From a bacterium (GTDB lineage: Bacteria; Zhuqueibacterota; Zhuqueibacteria; Residuimicrobiales; Krinioviventaceae): 64,000 nt of DNA. Every line of letters begins with the position of its first letter. The first letter of the stretch is position 1. Of this stretch, positions 12,701 through 22,888 are shown one piece after another. The position numbers and the translations under genes are program-made. Below the pieces are notes generated by a model. The model worked only from the letters and a program-made list of their open reading frames with translations. It was not told where the DNA came from and did not search any database. The stretch is taken from the NCBI GenBank assembly GCA_963675755.2, contig CAXXMD010000002.1, positions 1,984,001-2,048,000 on the forward strand. The letters are read 5' to 3'.

Positions 12701-13385
12701 GTTGAAACAAATCTTTATATTGTAAATCTATAATATCAAGATTCAACTCTACCGTATAAAGTGTGTTTGAAAATGTAATTTTCTGATCAGATTCAAAAGA
12801 ATCCAAATGAAATGATTGTCCATTTTGAAAAGAAACTGAACGATTAGTATTCTCTTCAAAATCAAATATATTATCAGACGTTGCGTATAAATAGAATTCA
12901 TTTTTATACCAACGCAAGACTCCAAACCGTGTAGGAATCAATAGACTACTGTCTGGTGCTTGGATAATATCATAATCAAGCCAGAAAAAGTCTGAAAATA
13001 AAAAAAGTGGAGTTAAAACATCATTATCCACCAAATATAATCCGGTTGTAGAACCTGCAATTAACCGGCCATCCGACATTGTTAGCAATGTTACAATTTT
13101 ATTGGCAGGTTCTCCCATGCAAGAGTCTATTTTTACCCATTTCAAGCCATTATAGCTTACAAGCCCCTGGTTTACACCAAACCACATGGTACTGTCCGGA
13201 GTTTGTTCCATGCAATTTACACCCAAACCATCCAGACCATTAAACTTTTGCCAAAATGAAATATTATTTACAGGATCATTTTCAAAAGGTTGGAAAAATA
13301 ATACAGGCAAGGCTATGCTATGATATAAAAACAAAACCATCACCACCCCGAACAAAACTACGCCCCGACGCCACCTGGAATCCAT
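9759..13385 (-). CDS. sensor histidine kinase: periplasmic beta-propeller (Reg_prop), Y_Y_Y domain, TM, PAS-like domain, HisKA_2/HATPase
   Basis: Propeller repeats (DPDGRLWF), YSYQLDDGNWS, TM helix, LLKEIHHRVKNNLQIISSLL, NELMTNAFKYA, DEGVG, SLGLRLV. Confidence 0.9.
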   Translation of the reverse strand: MDSRWRRGVVLFGVVMVLFLYHSIALPVLFFQPFENDPVNNISFWQKFNGLDGLGVNCMEQTPDSTMWFGVNQGLVSYNGLKWVKIDSCMGEPANKIVTLLTMSDGRLIAGSTTGLYLVDNDVLTPLFLFSDFFWLDYDIIQAPDSSLLIPTRFGVLRWYKNEFYLYATSDNIFDFEENTNRSVSFQNGQSFHLDSFESDQKITFSNTLYTVELNLDIIDLQYKDLFQPRNLVFDVFNQRIWYAVQNGNVGWFEITDDKGKVELFDAFYTEQDGLVPGETPYLFQTKDGAIWVLSEDKKSGVNIFENEKWRYIDLTNLGGFNRNSDLIETDDEIWITGSQSFHVLKNDEIKIYTYSSLKNKVPSNRTFGLIDFNGDVWLCGENQFVSRFVNASKNEAFWNNGVLQFKDEMGANWYIDNNNDVIQAKQNMQTRFGIKEGLMSHPQHLFGLKNGQVWAIGSHHGVAATAFYENNKWKRTIHSNLSWSIGYNTILEDRNGHLWLSGAVDFEYDENFKGGLLEFIPDDQTGGEWYHHLEPNAPDVSYGLEQSPDGRVWSCGYYGIKVFDDQSWQDIKVPGLEKAKFDNIVLDPDGRLWFCSRGYGIVVYDGQNWKILDASHGLIDNNIRDVVFLSNNRVVISTKTGINYGIMNVKDIEMTQWFELEFPFDLDIKDYIYFYKESDSKLWLNFFNEFWFLQPNPEYPKFDLDMYKIFSVGVFFEKNIPETTIFSSIDKVASPGNVVVKWEGNDHWQPQNDNWLLYSYQLDDGNWSPYTPETNNVFLMLSPGMHTIQIRSMNDDLNVDPTPAKIHFHVLPSIWKQNWFIGMMMTLLLVITFLIFRNLKNNVMLETRNKELMQAKKLVDNKNMELANINKLLENQLTAIKEAQINIASMARFPNENPSPVIRIDEMGVILFANESSFQLLSQWDAKIGNTVPDHILTIIDTAKKEHTVQEYIEQCHDDYYYKLTIAPISGETYFNIYGMEVTAQILFENELKKSLNEKEVLLKEIHHRVKNNLQIISSLLYLQGRNHPEDNVQNVIEESRNRVKTIALVHERLYQTNDLSKIDFKSYMQGIVDHISYLFKEQASNVNVIVDIPEDVGLDIDRSIPCGLIVNELMTNAFKYAYPEGEGDIHLELRVEKCHLDHENCLKHSLSIWDEGVGLDTKIDFTSVKSLGLRLVNSLVGQLGGNIEVSNSTGTRFDITYQYPHQ

Positions 13386-13604
13386 CTAGCTTCTATACCT
13401 TATAATTCAGAGCAATTCATGAAAAACATCATGAATCATATTCAATAAAGAATTTAATAAAATTATACTTAACCACAAAGTATAAAATAAAATTCTTTTA
13501 ATACACCAAATATAATGTAACAATATTTATGCCGAACACATTAACATAAATACTTGAAAAGATAAAAAGAAACAGAAAACCCCTGGCAGGCAGCAAAAAC
13601 CAGA

Positions 13605-16600
13605 TTAAATAATTTTTTTGGGATACTTGTATGAAATATCAAACCTTGTTCCGTTATCAACGGAAATATTAATTTCACCATCTAACTGATCAACAAGATT
13701 CTGAACCAGGCGTAATCCCAATGTATTCATATTCTGATAATCAATATCGTTGTTGATACCTACACCTTCATCCCAAACGGAAAGTACATGTTTTGTAAAA
13801 TCATCTGATCCGTTACCTTTATCATTTACATTTAATTTTAAATATACAACTCCCTTTTTCTCAGGATATGCATATTTGAAAGCATTGGTAACCAATTCAT
13901 TTACAATTAATCCGCAGGGTATGGATCGATCCAGATCAAGTTTTACATTCTCAGGTATATCTACAACTACATTTATACCTTTTACTTTATCTTTAAACAG
14001 ATAACCGATATGATCAACAATTCCCCTCATATAGATCTTGAAATCGATTTTAGATAAATCATTAGATTGATACAATCGCTCATGAACCAAAGCTATAGTC
14101 TTGACGCGGTTGCGGCTTTCTTCAATTATATTTTGTACCTCTTCATTAGAATTATTTCTTGCCTGAAGATACAATAAACTGGAAATTATCTGTAAATTAT
14201 TTTTTACCCGGTGGTGGATTTCTTTGAGCAGCACTTCTTTTTCACCAAGCGATTTTTTAAGTTGATCTTCAAAAACAATCTGAGCTGTAATTTCCATTCC
14301 ATAGATGTTATAATATTGTTCACCATAGATCGGAGTTATGGATAATTTATAAAAAATATCTTTGCCGCAACGTTCTATATATTCCTGTACTTTATTCTCG
14401 ACATTGGCTTTACGCATTAAATCTAAAATATGATCAGGAACCCGATTCCCCAACTGCACGTTCCATTGAGCCAACAAATGTACAGATGACTCGTTTGCGA
14501 ATAATATCGTTCCCTGTTCATCAATACGCAATACAGGGCTGGGATTTTCATTCGGGAATTTTGCCATGCTGGCAATATTGCTTTGGGCTTCTTTGATCGT
14601 TTTCAACTGCTTTTTCTGGATCTCATTCTGTTTAGCCAGTTCAATATTTTTTCTAAAAATACTGGATATCAATAAAAGAATAATGGAAATAAAAGTAATT
14701 AACAAGGTTAGAAACCAACCCTGTTTCCAAATGGAAGGCAAAACTTTGAATTCAATAACAGCCGGAGTAGGATCAATATTTAAATCCTGATTCATAGAAC
14801 GGACCTGGATTTTGTGTTTTCCCGGTTCCAGCATGTAAAAAGTTTGAGAACGCTGTCTGGAAAACAATGACCAGGGACCATCATCAATTCGATAGGAAAA
14901 ATAAATATTATCGTTTGCTTCCGGTTTTCCGGGTTCAACACCTCTCCAGTTTACGATAAAGCTCGTTTTATAAGATATTTCATCAAATTTTGTAACAATA
15001 AACGTTTCAGGAAACAAATTTTTAAAAGTCAATCGTTGTGCGTTAGGTTTTTGAATGACATGACCTATATTCTTATAATGCGGATGATTTTTCAAAATCC
15101 ACTGTTCAGAATATCTATTAATCCAAAAACTGTTATCATTCTCTTTAACCAGATAATTGAAATCTTTTGACGTGAGTTCTTCAGGCGTCAACAAGGGAAA
15201 CCACTGTATTGTTTCATAATCACTTGCATCGCATCTTGCAAGATTAATACCTGTAATTGTAGATACCAGCACCTTGTGATTATCCATAAACAAAATATCA
15301 CGAATCGTATTATCTGAAAGTCCGTTAAGAATATCTATATTATACCAGGTGTTACCATCGTAAATAAAAATACCATATCCACGGGTTCCTACCCACAAAT
15401 TCCCGTGTGGATCGGTTTCAATTGCATCAACTCGAACGACAGTATCTGGTGGTAAATTAAACTTTTTCCAATCTCCATTTTCATAAACACGTATACCAAA
15501 CAAACCACCAATCCAAATTCGTCCATCTGGAGTTTGAGTAATACTGTAAGCTACTTTTTCAGTAGCTTTTATATCAAGATGTTTAACCCATTTACCCTTG
15601 TTTTTATCCTGAGGTATATACTCTAAAATACCTCCTTTATAATTACTGCTTATGCGGAAATCAACAGCACCAGACATCCACAAGTGATCATCTTTGTCTA
15701 CAAATAAACTGTTCATCTCAATTGACCAGGAAGTATCTCCGTGATCCGTTCGTTCCCACTTGCCGTTTCTAAAAACTGCGGTTGCAGCCCGTCCATAATG
15801 AGAACCAGCAACCCAAACATTTCCATTCTTTTGCTGCACCATTTTAACAGGATCGCTCATGACACTATCTTTAACACCATATCGTTTCCAGGTGTTGTTC
15901 TTGAATGCAAGTAGATAACCATCATCATGAATATACCAGTCTGTACTGTCCGCATCAGTGAATTGGAATATGGAATGATCATAATATACTTTACTCTCAT
16001 CCTGTTTGTCAAATCGCACAACAAACTGGTCTTCACCGGCAAACCAGATATTTTTACTATTGTCTTGAAAAATTGAAGTTTTGTTGCCCGGCACCCGTCC
16101 ATCGAACCGGGAGAAAGGATAAATTTTCCATTTATTATTCTGGAGTATATGCAGGTAATGAGTGCCAGAAATCCAAACCTCATCATCAATTTCCAATAAT
16201 TGACAATTATTATCATACCCACCCAAATCACCCAGTTTGAAATGTTCCCAGCGATTGTTCCGGTATGTATTTACACCGCTCGAGTTGTCATCAGTTATGC
16301 CCCAAATACTGCCGTCACGGGTTTGTCTTAAACGTGTCAATTTACCGGGTACAAGACCATCTTTACGAGTAAACAGTTTGTAATCAAAATCCTTTCCCGC
16401 CAGACAATTTTTAAAATCAATATAACCAATATTTCCATCGGTCATAGTAAACCAGATAAGGTCTCGCTGTTTATCATATATAATCTCACGTGGTTTGAGT
16501 TTTTCATTGAATGCTTCTTCAACCTGGTCAATTTTGATAATCTTAACAAGTGTTGAAGAAAAAGGATCGTTCAAAAATACCTTGTCGTTTGTTTTTATGG

Positions 16601-17216
16601 TATCTTTTTGAGAGTCATATAACTCTCCATTATCAAAAAAGATTTGATTATTATCTCTTCTTAAATATTCTCTAATTCTATTTTCAGTTGTGAATAACCG
16701 GATTTCATCATGAGTGATTTGTATAAACCCAAATTGTATGGGAATCCATAAAGTATGGTCAGGCGCTTCTAATATATCATAATAATACCAGAATATATCT
16801 GGTAGTGCTAAATAAGGCTGCCAGGTGTTATTATTAAACAGCGTTATACCTGAATTGTTTGCAGCAAAAAACTCCCCATTACTACATGATAAAAAAGTAA
16901 CTATTTCTAAATTTCTTATTCCTAACGAGTTATTATGCAAGACCCAGTTAATTCCATCATAACTGACAGCACCCTTGTCTGTACCAAACCACATGGTACT
17001 GTCACAAGATTGCCCCATACAGTTCAACCCATAACCGCTCAGCTCTTTAAAGGAATTCCAACGGGTTACATTACTAAACGGATCTTCCGTTATTGGCTGA
17101 TCATATTCAATGGAAAAAGAAAGGCATGAATAAAGTAATATAAATACTACTATTCCTTTGAAAAGAATTGTATCCAAATCATACTTGTAATTCTTCACCG
17201 ACAACCCCTTATTCAA
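13605..17216 (-). CDS. sensor histidine kinase, paralog of 9759-13385 with the same architecture
   Basis: Same motifs: FSYRIDDGPWS, FPNENPSPVLRIDE, LLKEIHHRVKNNLQIISSLL, NELVTNAFKYA. Exact start uncertain. Confidence 0.9.
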   Translation of the reverse strand: MNKGLSVKNYKYDLDTILFKGIVVFILLYSCLSFSIEYDQPITEDPFSNVTRWNSFKELSGYGLNCMGQSCDSTMWFGTDKGAVSYDGINWVLHNNSLGIRNLEIVTFLSCSNGEFFAANNSGITLFNNNTWQPYLALPDIFWYYYDILEAPDHTLWIPIQFGFIQITHDEIRLFTTENRIREYLRRDNNQIFFDNGELYDSQKDTIKTNDKVFLNDPFSSTLVKIIKIDQVEEAFNEKLKPREIIYDKQRDLIWFTMTDGNIGYIDFKNCLAGKDFDYKLFTRKDGLVPGKLTRLRQTRDGSIWGITDDNSSGVNTYRNNRWEHFKLGDLGGYDNNCQLLEIDDEVWISGTHYLHILQNNKWKIYPFSRFDGRVPGNKTSIFQDNSKNIWFAGEDQFVVRFDKQDESKVYYDHSIFQFTDADSTDWYIHDDGYLLAFKNNTWKRYGVKDSVMSDPVKMVQQKNGNVWVAGSHYGRAATAVFRNGKWERTDHGDTSWSIEMNSLFVDKDDHLWMSGAVDFRISSNYKGGILEYIPQDKNKGKWVKHLDIKATEKVAYSITQTPDGRIWIGGLFGIRVYENGDWKKFNLPPDTVVRVDAIETDPHGNLWVGTRGYGIFIYDGNTWYNIDILNGLSDNTIRDILFMDNHKVLVSTITGINLARCDASDYETIQWFPLLTPEELTSKDFNYLVKENDNSFWINRYSEQWILKNHPHYKNIGHVIQKPNAQRLTFKNLFPETFIVTKFDEISYKTSFIVNWRGVEPGKPEANDNIYFSYRIDDGPWSLFSRQRSQTFYMLEPGKHKIQVRSMNQDLNIDPTPAVIEFKVLPSIWKQGWFLTLLITFISIILLLISSIFRKNIELAKQNEIQKKQLKTIKEAQSNIASMAKFPNENPSPVLRIDEQGTILFANESSVHLLAQWNVQLGNRVPDHILDLMRKANVENKVQEYIERCGKDIFYKLSITPIYGEQYYNIYGMEITAQIVFEDQLKKSLGEKEVLLKEIHHRVKNNLQIISSLLYLQARNNSNEEVQNIIEESRNRVKTIALVHERLYQSNDLSKIDFKIYMRGIVDHIGYLFKDKVKGINVVVDIPENVKLDLDRSIPCGLIVNELVTNAFKYAYPEKKGVVYLKLNVNDKGNGSDDFTKHVLSVWDEGVGINNDIDYQNMNTLGLRLVQNLVDQLDGEINISVDNGTRFDISYKYPKKII

Positions 17217-17389
17217 AATGGCACTATGGAATAAAAGTATAATTGTTTAAATAATTTTAGAACATACTACAAATATAATTAAAAATCAATTATCATCACT
17301 GCAAAATTAAATTTTTTATGTATTTTTTCCTGTATTTGTTTTCATTTCCTTTTTTTGTATATTTTAAAATGAATAATCAAGGTTGGACA

Positions 17390-18937
17390 ATGATCAAAAA
17401 TAATGAAAATTTCGGTTTCTATATTGTTTTTTTTACAATCATGTTACTGCATGTACTCTTGATGGCTTTTACCCGCCTGCTGCCTGCTGTTGATGCCCCC
17501 ATGCATTTGGCATCCGCAACCATTTATCGGGAATTTGGTAATTCTGCCAATGGCTTTCAAAACTGGTTTGTTTTAAAAAACATGGTTATGCAGCCAAATT
17601 CAATCCATCATTTCTTTTGCGGCTGGCCGATTTTCCCTTCAGTAGAATTTGCCAACACGGTCTATTTCATGTTGTATATGATTATCTTTCCCTTGTCTCT
17701 GCTACTTGTAATACGCAAATTCGGTGGTCACCCGGCATACGCGTTATTGGGATTCCTGGTGCTGTACAATAACAACTTTATCTGGGGCTTTATGGGATTT
17801 TTCATGTCCGTTCCCTTTGTACTTTTATTTCTTGTAATACTATCGGATTACTTTTTCAAAGCCCGCAAGCGAGATGCCCTGTTTATTATTCTCATGTTTA
17901 TTGTCCTTTTTATTATGCACGGCATTACCACCCTGCTGACTATTGGATTTTTTGGTCTAGCACTTTTATGGCGTTACTGGAAAACCCCCAAGACTCTGAT
18001 TGCCAAAAGTCTGGTACTGGTGCCCGTACTCTTGTTGCTTGCCAGATTTTTTACCACCCAGGGCGAAGAAGGCGGCAATGCCGGCGGTAAAAGTTTTCTC
18101 AAAGAACTTTATTACTATTACAGAGATGATTACCTGGCAACATTGTTTAACCGCATTGGCATGCTTTACCGCAACAACTGGTTGTTCAACGAAGGTAAAT
18201 GGGCCATGCTGCTGGCAGCCTCGTTTTCCATATTGCTCCTTTTCATCATCATTTTGAATTTAAAATTCAGCAAACAAATTTTTAAAGCAGCCAGTCCGTC
18301 AAAGGCAACGTACATCCCCATATTGTTTGCCGCTGCGGTTACCCTGTTGTGGATTATCATTCCCGCACCCAAGCGCTTTATCAGTTTTTCGTATGAACGT
18401 ATTGATGTCTTTGTGTTCCTTGCTCTCATTTTGTTTGCCAGCTTGTTTTTCAAAAAACCATTCAGCAAACCTGTGCTGTATGGAATTGCTGTGGTGTGTT
18501 TGATCCATTTTGTTATGTGGATGGATTTTTATCGGGATTTTAACAAAGAAAACCAAAACCTGAACGCCGGGTTTTTCCCCAAAGCGGATACTCACCATGT
18601 GCTTACCGGATTAATTTACGATGCCGAGTTCAGGGGGCACCCCATGTATATCCATTTCCCCAACTATTATATTGTATGGAACAAGGGTATTGCTACTCCC
18701 CGCTTTACAGATTTAGGACTCACCTGGCGTGTTGGCAGAAAAGACGATCTGCCCGAGTACAGCGAATGGCTCTACCGGCGTATTCCACGCGAGATGGAAT
18801 ACTATGCCGAATATGAAAACGTTTCGTATTTGCTGGTGCGCGGAAAAATGACTGACCGGGCCGCCGCCTTTTTCGACGATTTTCAACTCGTTAACAGCGC
18901 CAGCAAATGGGAGCTGTGGGAGCGGGTGACAGAGTAG
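17390..18937 (+). CDS. polytopic membrane protein, possibly GT-C-fold glycosyltransferase-like
   Basis: About 11-12 hydrophobic segments, an acidic D-x-P-x-H motif in the first loop (VDAPMHLA) and a soluble C-terminal domain. Function is inferred only. Confidence 0.5.
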   Translation: MIKNNENFGFYIVFFTIMLLHVLLMAFTRLLPAVDAPMHLASATIYREFGNSANGFQNWFVLKNMVMQPNSIHHFFCGWPIFPSVEFANTVYFMLYMIIFPLSLLLVIRKFGGHPAYALLGFLVLYNNNFIWGFMGFFMSVPFVLLFLVILSDYFFKARKRDALFIILMFIVLFIMHGITTLLTIGFFGLALLWRYWKTPKTLIAKSLVLVPVLLLLARFFTTQGEEGGNAGGKSFLKELYYYYRDDYLATLFNRIGMLYRNNWLFNEGKWAMLLAASFSILLLFIIILNLKFSKQIFKAASPSKATYIPILFAAAVTLLWIIIPAPKRFISFSYERIDVFVFLALILFASLFFKKPFSKPVLYGIAVVCLIHFVMWMDFYRDFNKENQNLNAGFFPKADTHHVLTGLIYDAEFRGHPMYIHFPNYYIVWNKGIATPRFTDLGLTWRVGRKDDLPEYSEWLYRRIPREMEYYAEYENVSYLLVRGKMTDRAAAFFDDFQLVNSASKWELWERVTE

Positions 18938-19057
18938 AAAACAATTTATTGCAAAGTCATATTAGAAATTTGTTTAGAATTTTGCATTGCATTTTACTAA
19001 ATTCTTTTTATTTTTTATCTAGCGGGAATTTTATTCAACCACCAGCAAGGGGCATTC

Positions 19058-22000
19058 ATGGAACCATTAAACCTGAAAGCATCACACAAGGTTGTTAAAG
19101 ATTATTATGCCGAAATAGAAAACCTCACTTCCATGCATTTGTTTTCAGAGGGCAATGTCTCTCCTGCTTTTGCAAACTTGTTAAGACACTGTGCCAGACA
19201 ATACAACTGGACACTGGCAGAACAATATCCACTGACTGTTAAAAACAAAAATATTCGTCCTGATGGCGCATTGATTGACCAGTTTGAACTGGTTCATGGA
19301 TTATGGGAAGCCAAAGACAGCCAGGACGATCTTGCGCTTGAAGTCAAAAAAAAATTCGACAAAGGTTACCCCAAAGAGAACATTCTTTTTCAGGAACCTG
19401 AACGTGCCATTATATGGCAAAACGGTGTTCAGGTTTTTGACGAGCCCCTGAAAAACCCCGACAATCTCATTGCCTGTATAGATATCTTTGTTCGTTTCCG
19501 TCCGCCTGAAATTGAGGAATGGGAACAAGCAGTTGAAGAATTTAAACTCAAAGTACCCGAACTGGGTGCATCTCTGCTAAACATTATTGAACAAGAGCGT
19601 AAACAGAACAAGGCTTTTGTAAGGGCCTTGCAAGACTTTATGGAACTGTGCCGGGCCGCCATTAATCCCAATCTCTCTGAAAAAGCTGTTGAAGAAATGC
19701 TTATTCAACACCTTCTTACGGAACGGATTTTCCGTAATGTCTTTAACAACCCGGATTTTGCCAACCGCAACATAATTGCACATGAAATTGAAAAAGTGAT
19801 TCAGGCACTAACCTCACGCTCGTTCAGCAAGCACGAGTTTTTAAAAAAACTGGACCGCTTTTATACAGCAATTGAACTGACTGCAAGCACCATTGATGAT
19901 TATACCCGAAAACAGGCCTTTTTAAACACGGTTTACGAAAACTTTTTTCAGGGATTTTCTGTCAAAGTGGCTGACACTCACGGCATAGTTTATACCCCGC
20001 AGCCTGTTGTGCATTTTATGGTCAATTCTGTTGAAGCCGTCTTGAACAAAGAATTTAACCGCTCACTATCAGATAAAAATGTGCACATTCTAGACCCCTT
20101 TGTGGGAACGGGTAACTTTATAATTAATGTAATGCGCAAGATGAAAAAGACCAGCCTGGCACACAAATTCAGACACGAGCTGCACTGTAACGAAGTCATG
20201 CTGCTACCCTATTACATAGCCAGCATGAACATTGAGCACGAATATTATGAACTGACCGGTGAATATGTGCCCTTTGACGGCATCTGCCTGGTAGACACCT
20301 TTGAACTGGCAGAAGATAAACAGTTTAGCCTGTTTACTGCCGAAAACACCGAGCGCGTGCAGAAACAGATGGAAACCCCCATTTTTGTTGTCATTGGCAA
20401 CCCGCCCTATAACGCGGGCCAGGTAAACGAAAACGACAATAACAAAAACCGAAAATACCCGGTAATAGACCAACGCGTAAGAGACACCTATACCCGGGAT
20501 TCAAATGCCACCAACAAAAACGCCCTGTCTGACGTTTATGTCAAAGCCATACGCTGGGCCTCTGACCGTGTGCTGAAAAACGGTGAAGGCATTGTAGCTT
20601 TAATCACAAATAACAGCTATATAGATGATTTTGCATTTGACGGAATGAGAAAACATTTACATGAAGATTTTGACGATCTATATATTATTGATCTAAAAGG
20701 CAATGTCAGAAAAGACTCTATGCGTGACGGTATTCCATTAGGTGAAAAGCATACTATTTTTGGTTTATCTGCAATGGTGGGAATTTCAATAGCAGTACTT
20801 GTTAAACACAAGAAACCGAAAAAAAAGCAGATCGATTATTTTTCTGTGGATTTTAGGGCCACAAGAGATGAAAAATTGGATATACTTGAAAAAGCAGAAA
20901 ATATATTTAATCTTCAATACAAAAATATTTTACCCGATGCAAAACACAACTGGCTGACCGAAGGTATGCGGCAAGAGTTTGACGGGTTTGTGCCGTTGGG
21001 AACTAAAGATGCAAAACATAATTTAGAAAAGTCAATATTCCATACATATAGTAGAGGTGTAGCCACTTGCCGTGATGCATGGGCATACAACTTTTGCCAG
21101 ACAGAATTGATTGAAAACATAACAAACATGATTGATTATTATAATGAACATGTTTATAAATGGTCAAAAATGTTAACAAAACCTGAAATAAATAGTTTTG
21201 TTGATAACGATGATAAAAAAATTAGTTGGAGTCGTGATCTAAAACAGGATATGGTCAGAGAAAGAACAGCCCAATACCATGATAATAAATTAAAGCCGGC
21301 ACTTTATCGACCGTTTAGTAAACAATATCTGTTTTTCGATCGAATAATTAATGAAGAAATTTACCAATTTCATCATTATTACCCATTAAATCAAGAGAAC
21401 AAGATCATTGGATTATCTGCCCCCGGCAACACAAAACCCTTTCACTGCATTATGACCGATATCATAGCGGATCTACACCTGACAGGTGATTCACAATGCT
21501 TCCCCTTTTACACCTATGATGAAGATGGCAGTAACCAACGTGAAAACATTTCAGACTGGGCATTGGATGAATTCCGCAGCCAATACAATGATAAAACGAT
21601 AACCAAATGGGACATTTTCTATTACGTTTACGGCCTGCTGCACCATCCACAATACCGGGAAACATACCAGGCCAACCTGCGCCGTGAATTGCCGCGCCTG
21701 CCCTGGGCACCCGACTTTTGGGCGTTCAGCCATACCGGCAAGCAGCTCGGCGATCTGCATGTTCACTATGAACAACAGGATGAATATCCGCTCGATATGG
21801 TGGAAACACCGGAAATGCCCCTTGATTGGCGCGTTGAAAAGATGAGGCTTACGCCGGACAAGTCCCAGCTCATCTATAACGATTTTCTCACCCTTGCCGG
21901 TATTCCGCAAGAGGTGTTTGAATACCGGTTGGGCAACCGCTCTGCCCTGGACTGGATCATTGACCAGTACCGGGTCAAAACCGACAAACGCAGCGGCATT

Positions 22001-22117
22001 GTTAACGATCCAAACCGTCCTGACGATCCTGAATATATAGTTCGGCTTGTCAAACAGATCATTACTGTTAGCCTGAAAACCGTAGAGATTGTCAAGGGGC
22101 TGCCAAAAATAAAATAA
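19058..22117 (+). CDS. single-polypeptide restriction-modification enzyme (N6-adenine MTase + PD-(D/E)xK nuclease + type ISP-like C-terminal specificity domain, no helicase)
   Basis: N-terminal IRPDG...WEAKD, motif I LDPFVGTGNF, motif IV IGNPPY, C-terminal YRPF / IFYYVYGLLH / ELPRLP / YRLGNRSALDWIIDQY typical of the type ISP C-terminus. Confidence 0.85.
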   Translation: MEPLNLKASHKVVKDYYAEIENLTSMHLFSEGNVSPAFANLLRHCARQYNWTLAEQYPLTVKNKNIRPDGALIDQFELVHGLWEAKDSQDDLALEVKKKFDKGYPKENILFQEPERAIIWQNGVQVFDEPLKNPDNLIACIDIFVRFRPPEIEEWEQAVEEFKLKVPELGASLLNIIEQERKQNKAFVRALQDFMELCRAAINPNLSEKAVEEMLIQHLLTERIFRNVFNNPDFANRNIIAHEIEKVIQALTSRSFSKHEFLKKLDRFYTAIELTASTIDDYTRKQAFLNTVYENFFQGFSVKVADTHGIVYTPQPVVHFMVNSVEAVLNKEFNRSLSDKNVHILDPFVGTGNFIINVMRKMKKTSLAHKFRHELHCNEVMLLPYYIASMNIEHEYYELTGEYVPFDGICLVDTFELAEDKQFSLFTAENTERVQKQMETPIFVVIGNPPYNAGQVNENDNNKNRKYPVIDQRVRDTYTRDSNATNKNALSDVYVKAIRWASDRVLKNGEGIVALITNNSYIDDFAFDGMRKHLHEDFDDLYIIDLKGNVRKDSMRDGIPLGEKHTIFGLSAMVGISIAVLVKHKKPKKKQIDYFSVDFRATRDEKLDILEKAENIFNLQYKNILPDAKHNWLTEGMRQEFDGFVPLGTKDAKHNLEKSIFHTYSRGVATCRDAWAYNFCQTELIENITNMIDYYNEHVYKWSKMLTKPEINSFVDNDDKKISWSRDLKQDMVRERTAQYHDNKLKPALYRPFSKQYLFFDRIINEEIYQFHHYYPLNQENKIIGLSAPGNTKPFHCIMTDIIADLHLTGDSQCFPFYTYDEDGSNQRENISDWALDEFRSQYNDKTITKWDIFYYVYGLLHHPQYRETYQANLRRELPRLPWAPDFWAFSHTGKQLGDLHVHYEQQDEYPLDMVETPEMPLDWRVEKMRLTPDKSQLIYNDFLTLAGIPQEVFEYRLGNRSALDWIIDQYRVKTDKRSGIVNDPNRPDDPEYIVRLVKQIITVSLKTVEIVKGLPKIK

Positions 22118-22166
22118 CAAAAAATGTTTAACCCAAATCCCTAAACTATTAATAAGAATCTAGTAT

Positions 22167-22844
22167 ATGAACAAATGCTTGCTTAACAGTAAATGGATAT
22201 ACTTTTTATTGCTTTTCCCTGCTGTCTCTGCCATACTGGCTTTGAACCATTTTGGTTTTGTTTTCAAATCGGGCACGGCAGGTTCCGGTATCATCATCCT
22301 GTTGCTTTTATCAATAAAACAGTCGCATTCTCAAGATATGTTTATGCTGATGGCTGCGTTTGCGTTTTCCATTGTTGGCGACTGGTTTTTGTCCAACATG
22401 CATGGAAATGCCAACATGTTTGTTACAGGAATCGCGTTCTATTTCTTTGCGCATCTGGGATATTTGTTTTACGCGTTGATGAATGGAAACATAACCAGGA
22501 AATTCACTATCTTTTTACTTTTGGCATATTTGATCTTTTTTTATATCGAGCTTTATCCCGCGTTCAACAATATCATACTCATGTGGGCAGCGCTGATTTA
22601 TCTGATCGTCTCCTGTATCTCTCTGGGGGCGGCAATGGGTTTGCGGGGCACGTCTGTTACAAAATGGACTTTTGTATTCGGTATCTTTTTAATCCTTTTT
22701 TCCGATACTATTATAGCCTATAAAGAATTTGTAGGTTTTAACAAGCTCAATTTCCTCATTTTACCCACCTACTATCTGGCACATATGAGTATTATTTTTT
22801 CTGTTATGAAAAGACATTTGGATAAAACTAAACCGGGCTTGTAA
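22167..22844 (+). CDS. YhhN/lysoplasmalogenase family membrane protein
   Basis: FSIVGDWFL, YFFAHLGY, LFSDTII, LPTYYLAH motifs; multiple TM helices. Confidence 0.8.
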   Translation: MNKCLLNSKWIYFLLLFPAVSAILALNHFGFVFKSGTAGSGIIILLLLSIKQSHSQDMFMLMAAFAFSIVGDWFLSNMHGNANMFVTGIAFYFFAHLGYLFYALMNGNITRKFTIFLLLAYLIFFYIELYPAFNNIILMWAALIYLIVSCISLGAAMGLRGTSVTKWTFVFGIFLILFSDTIIAYKEFVGFNKLNFLILPTYYLAHMSIIFSVMKRHLDKTKPGL

Positions 22845-22888
22845 CCACATCAAAACAATTCTGTTAAAACGCGAAAGTAAATCTTGAT

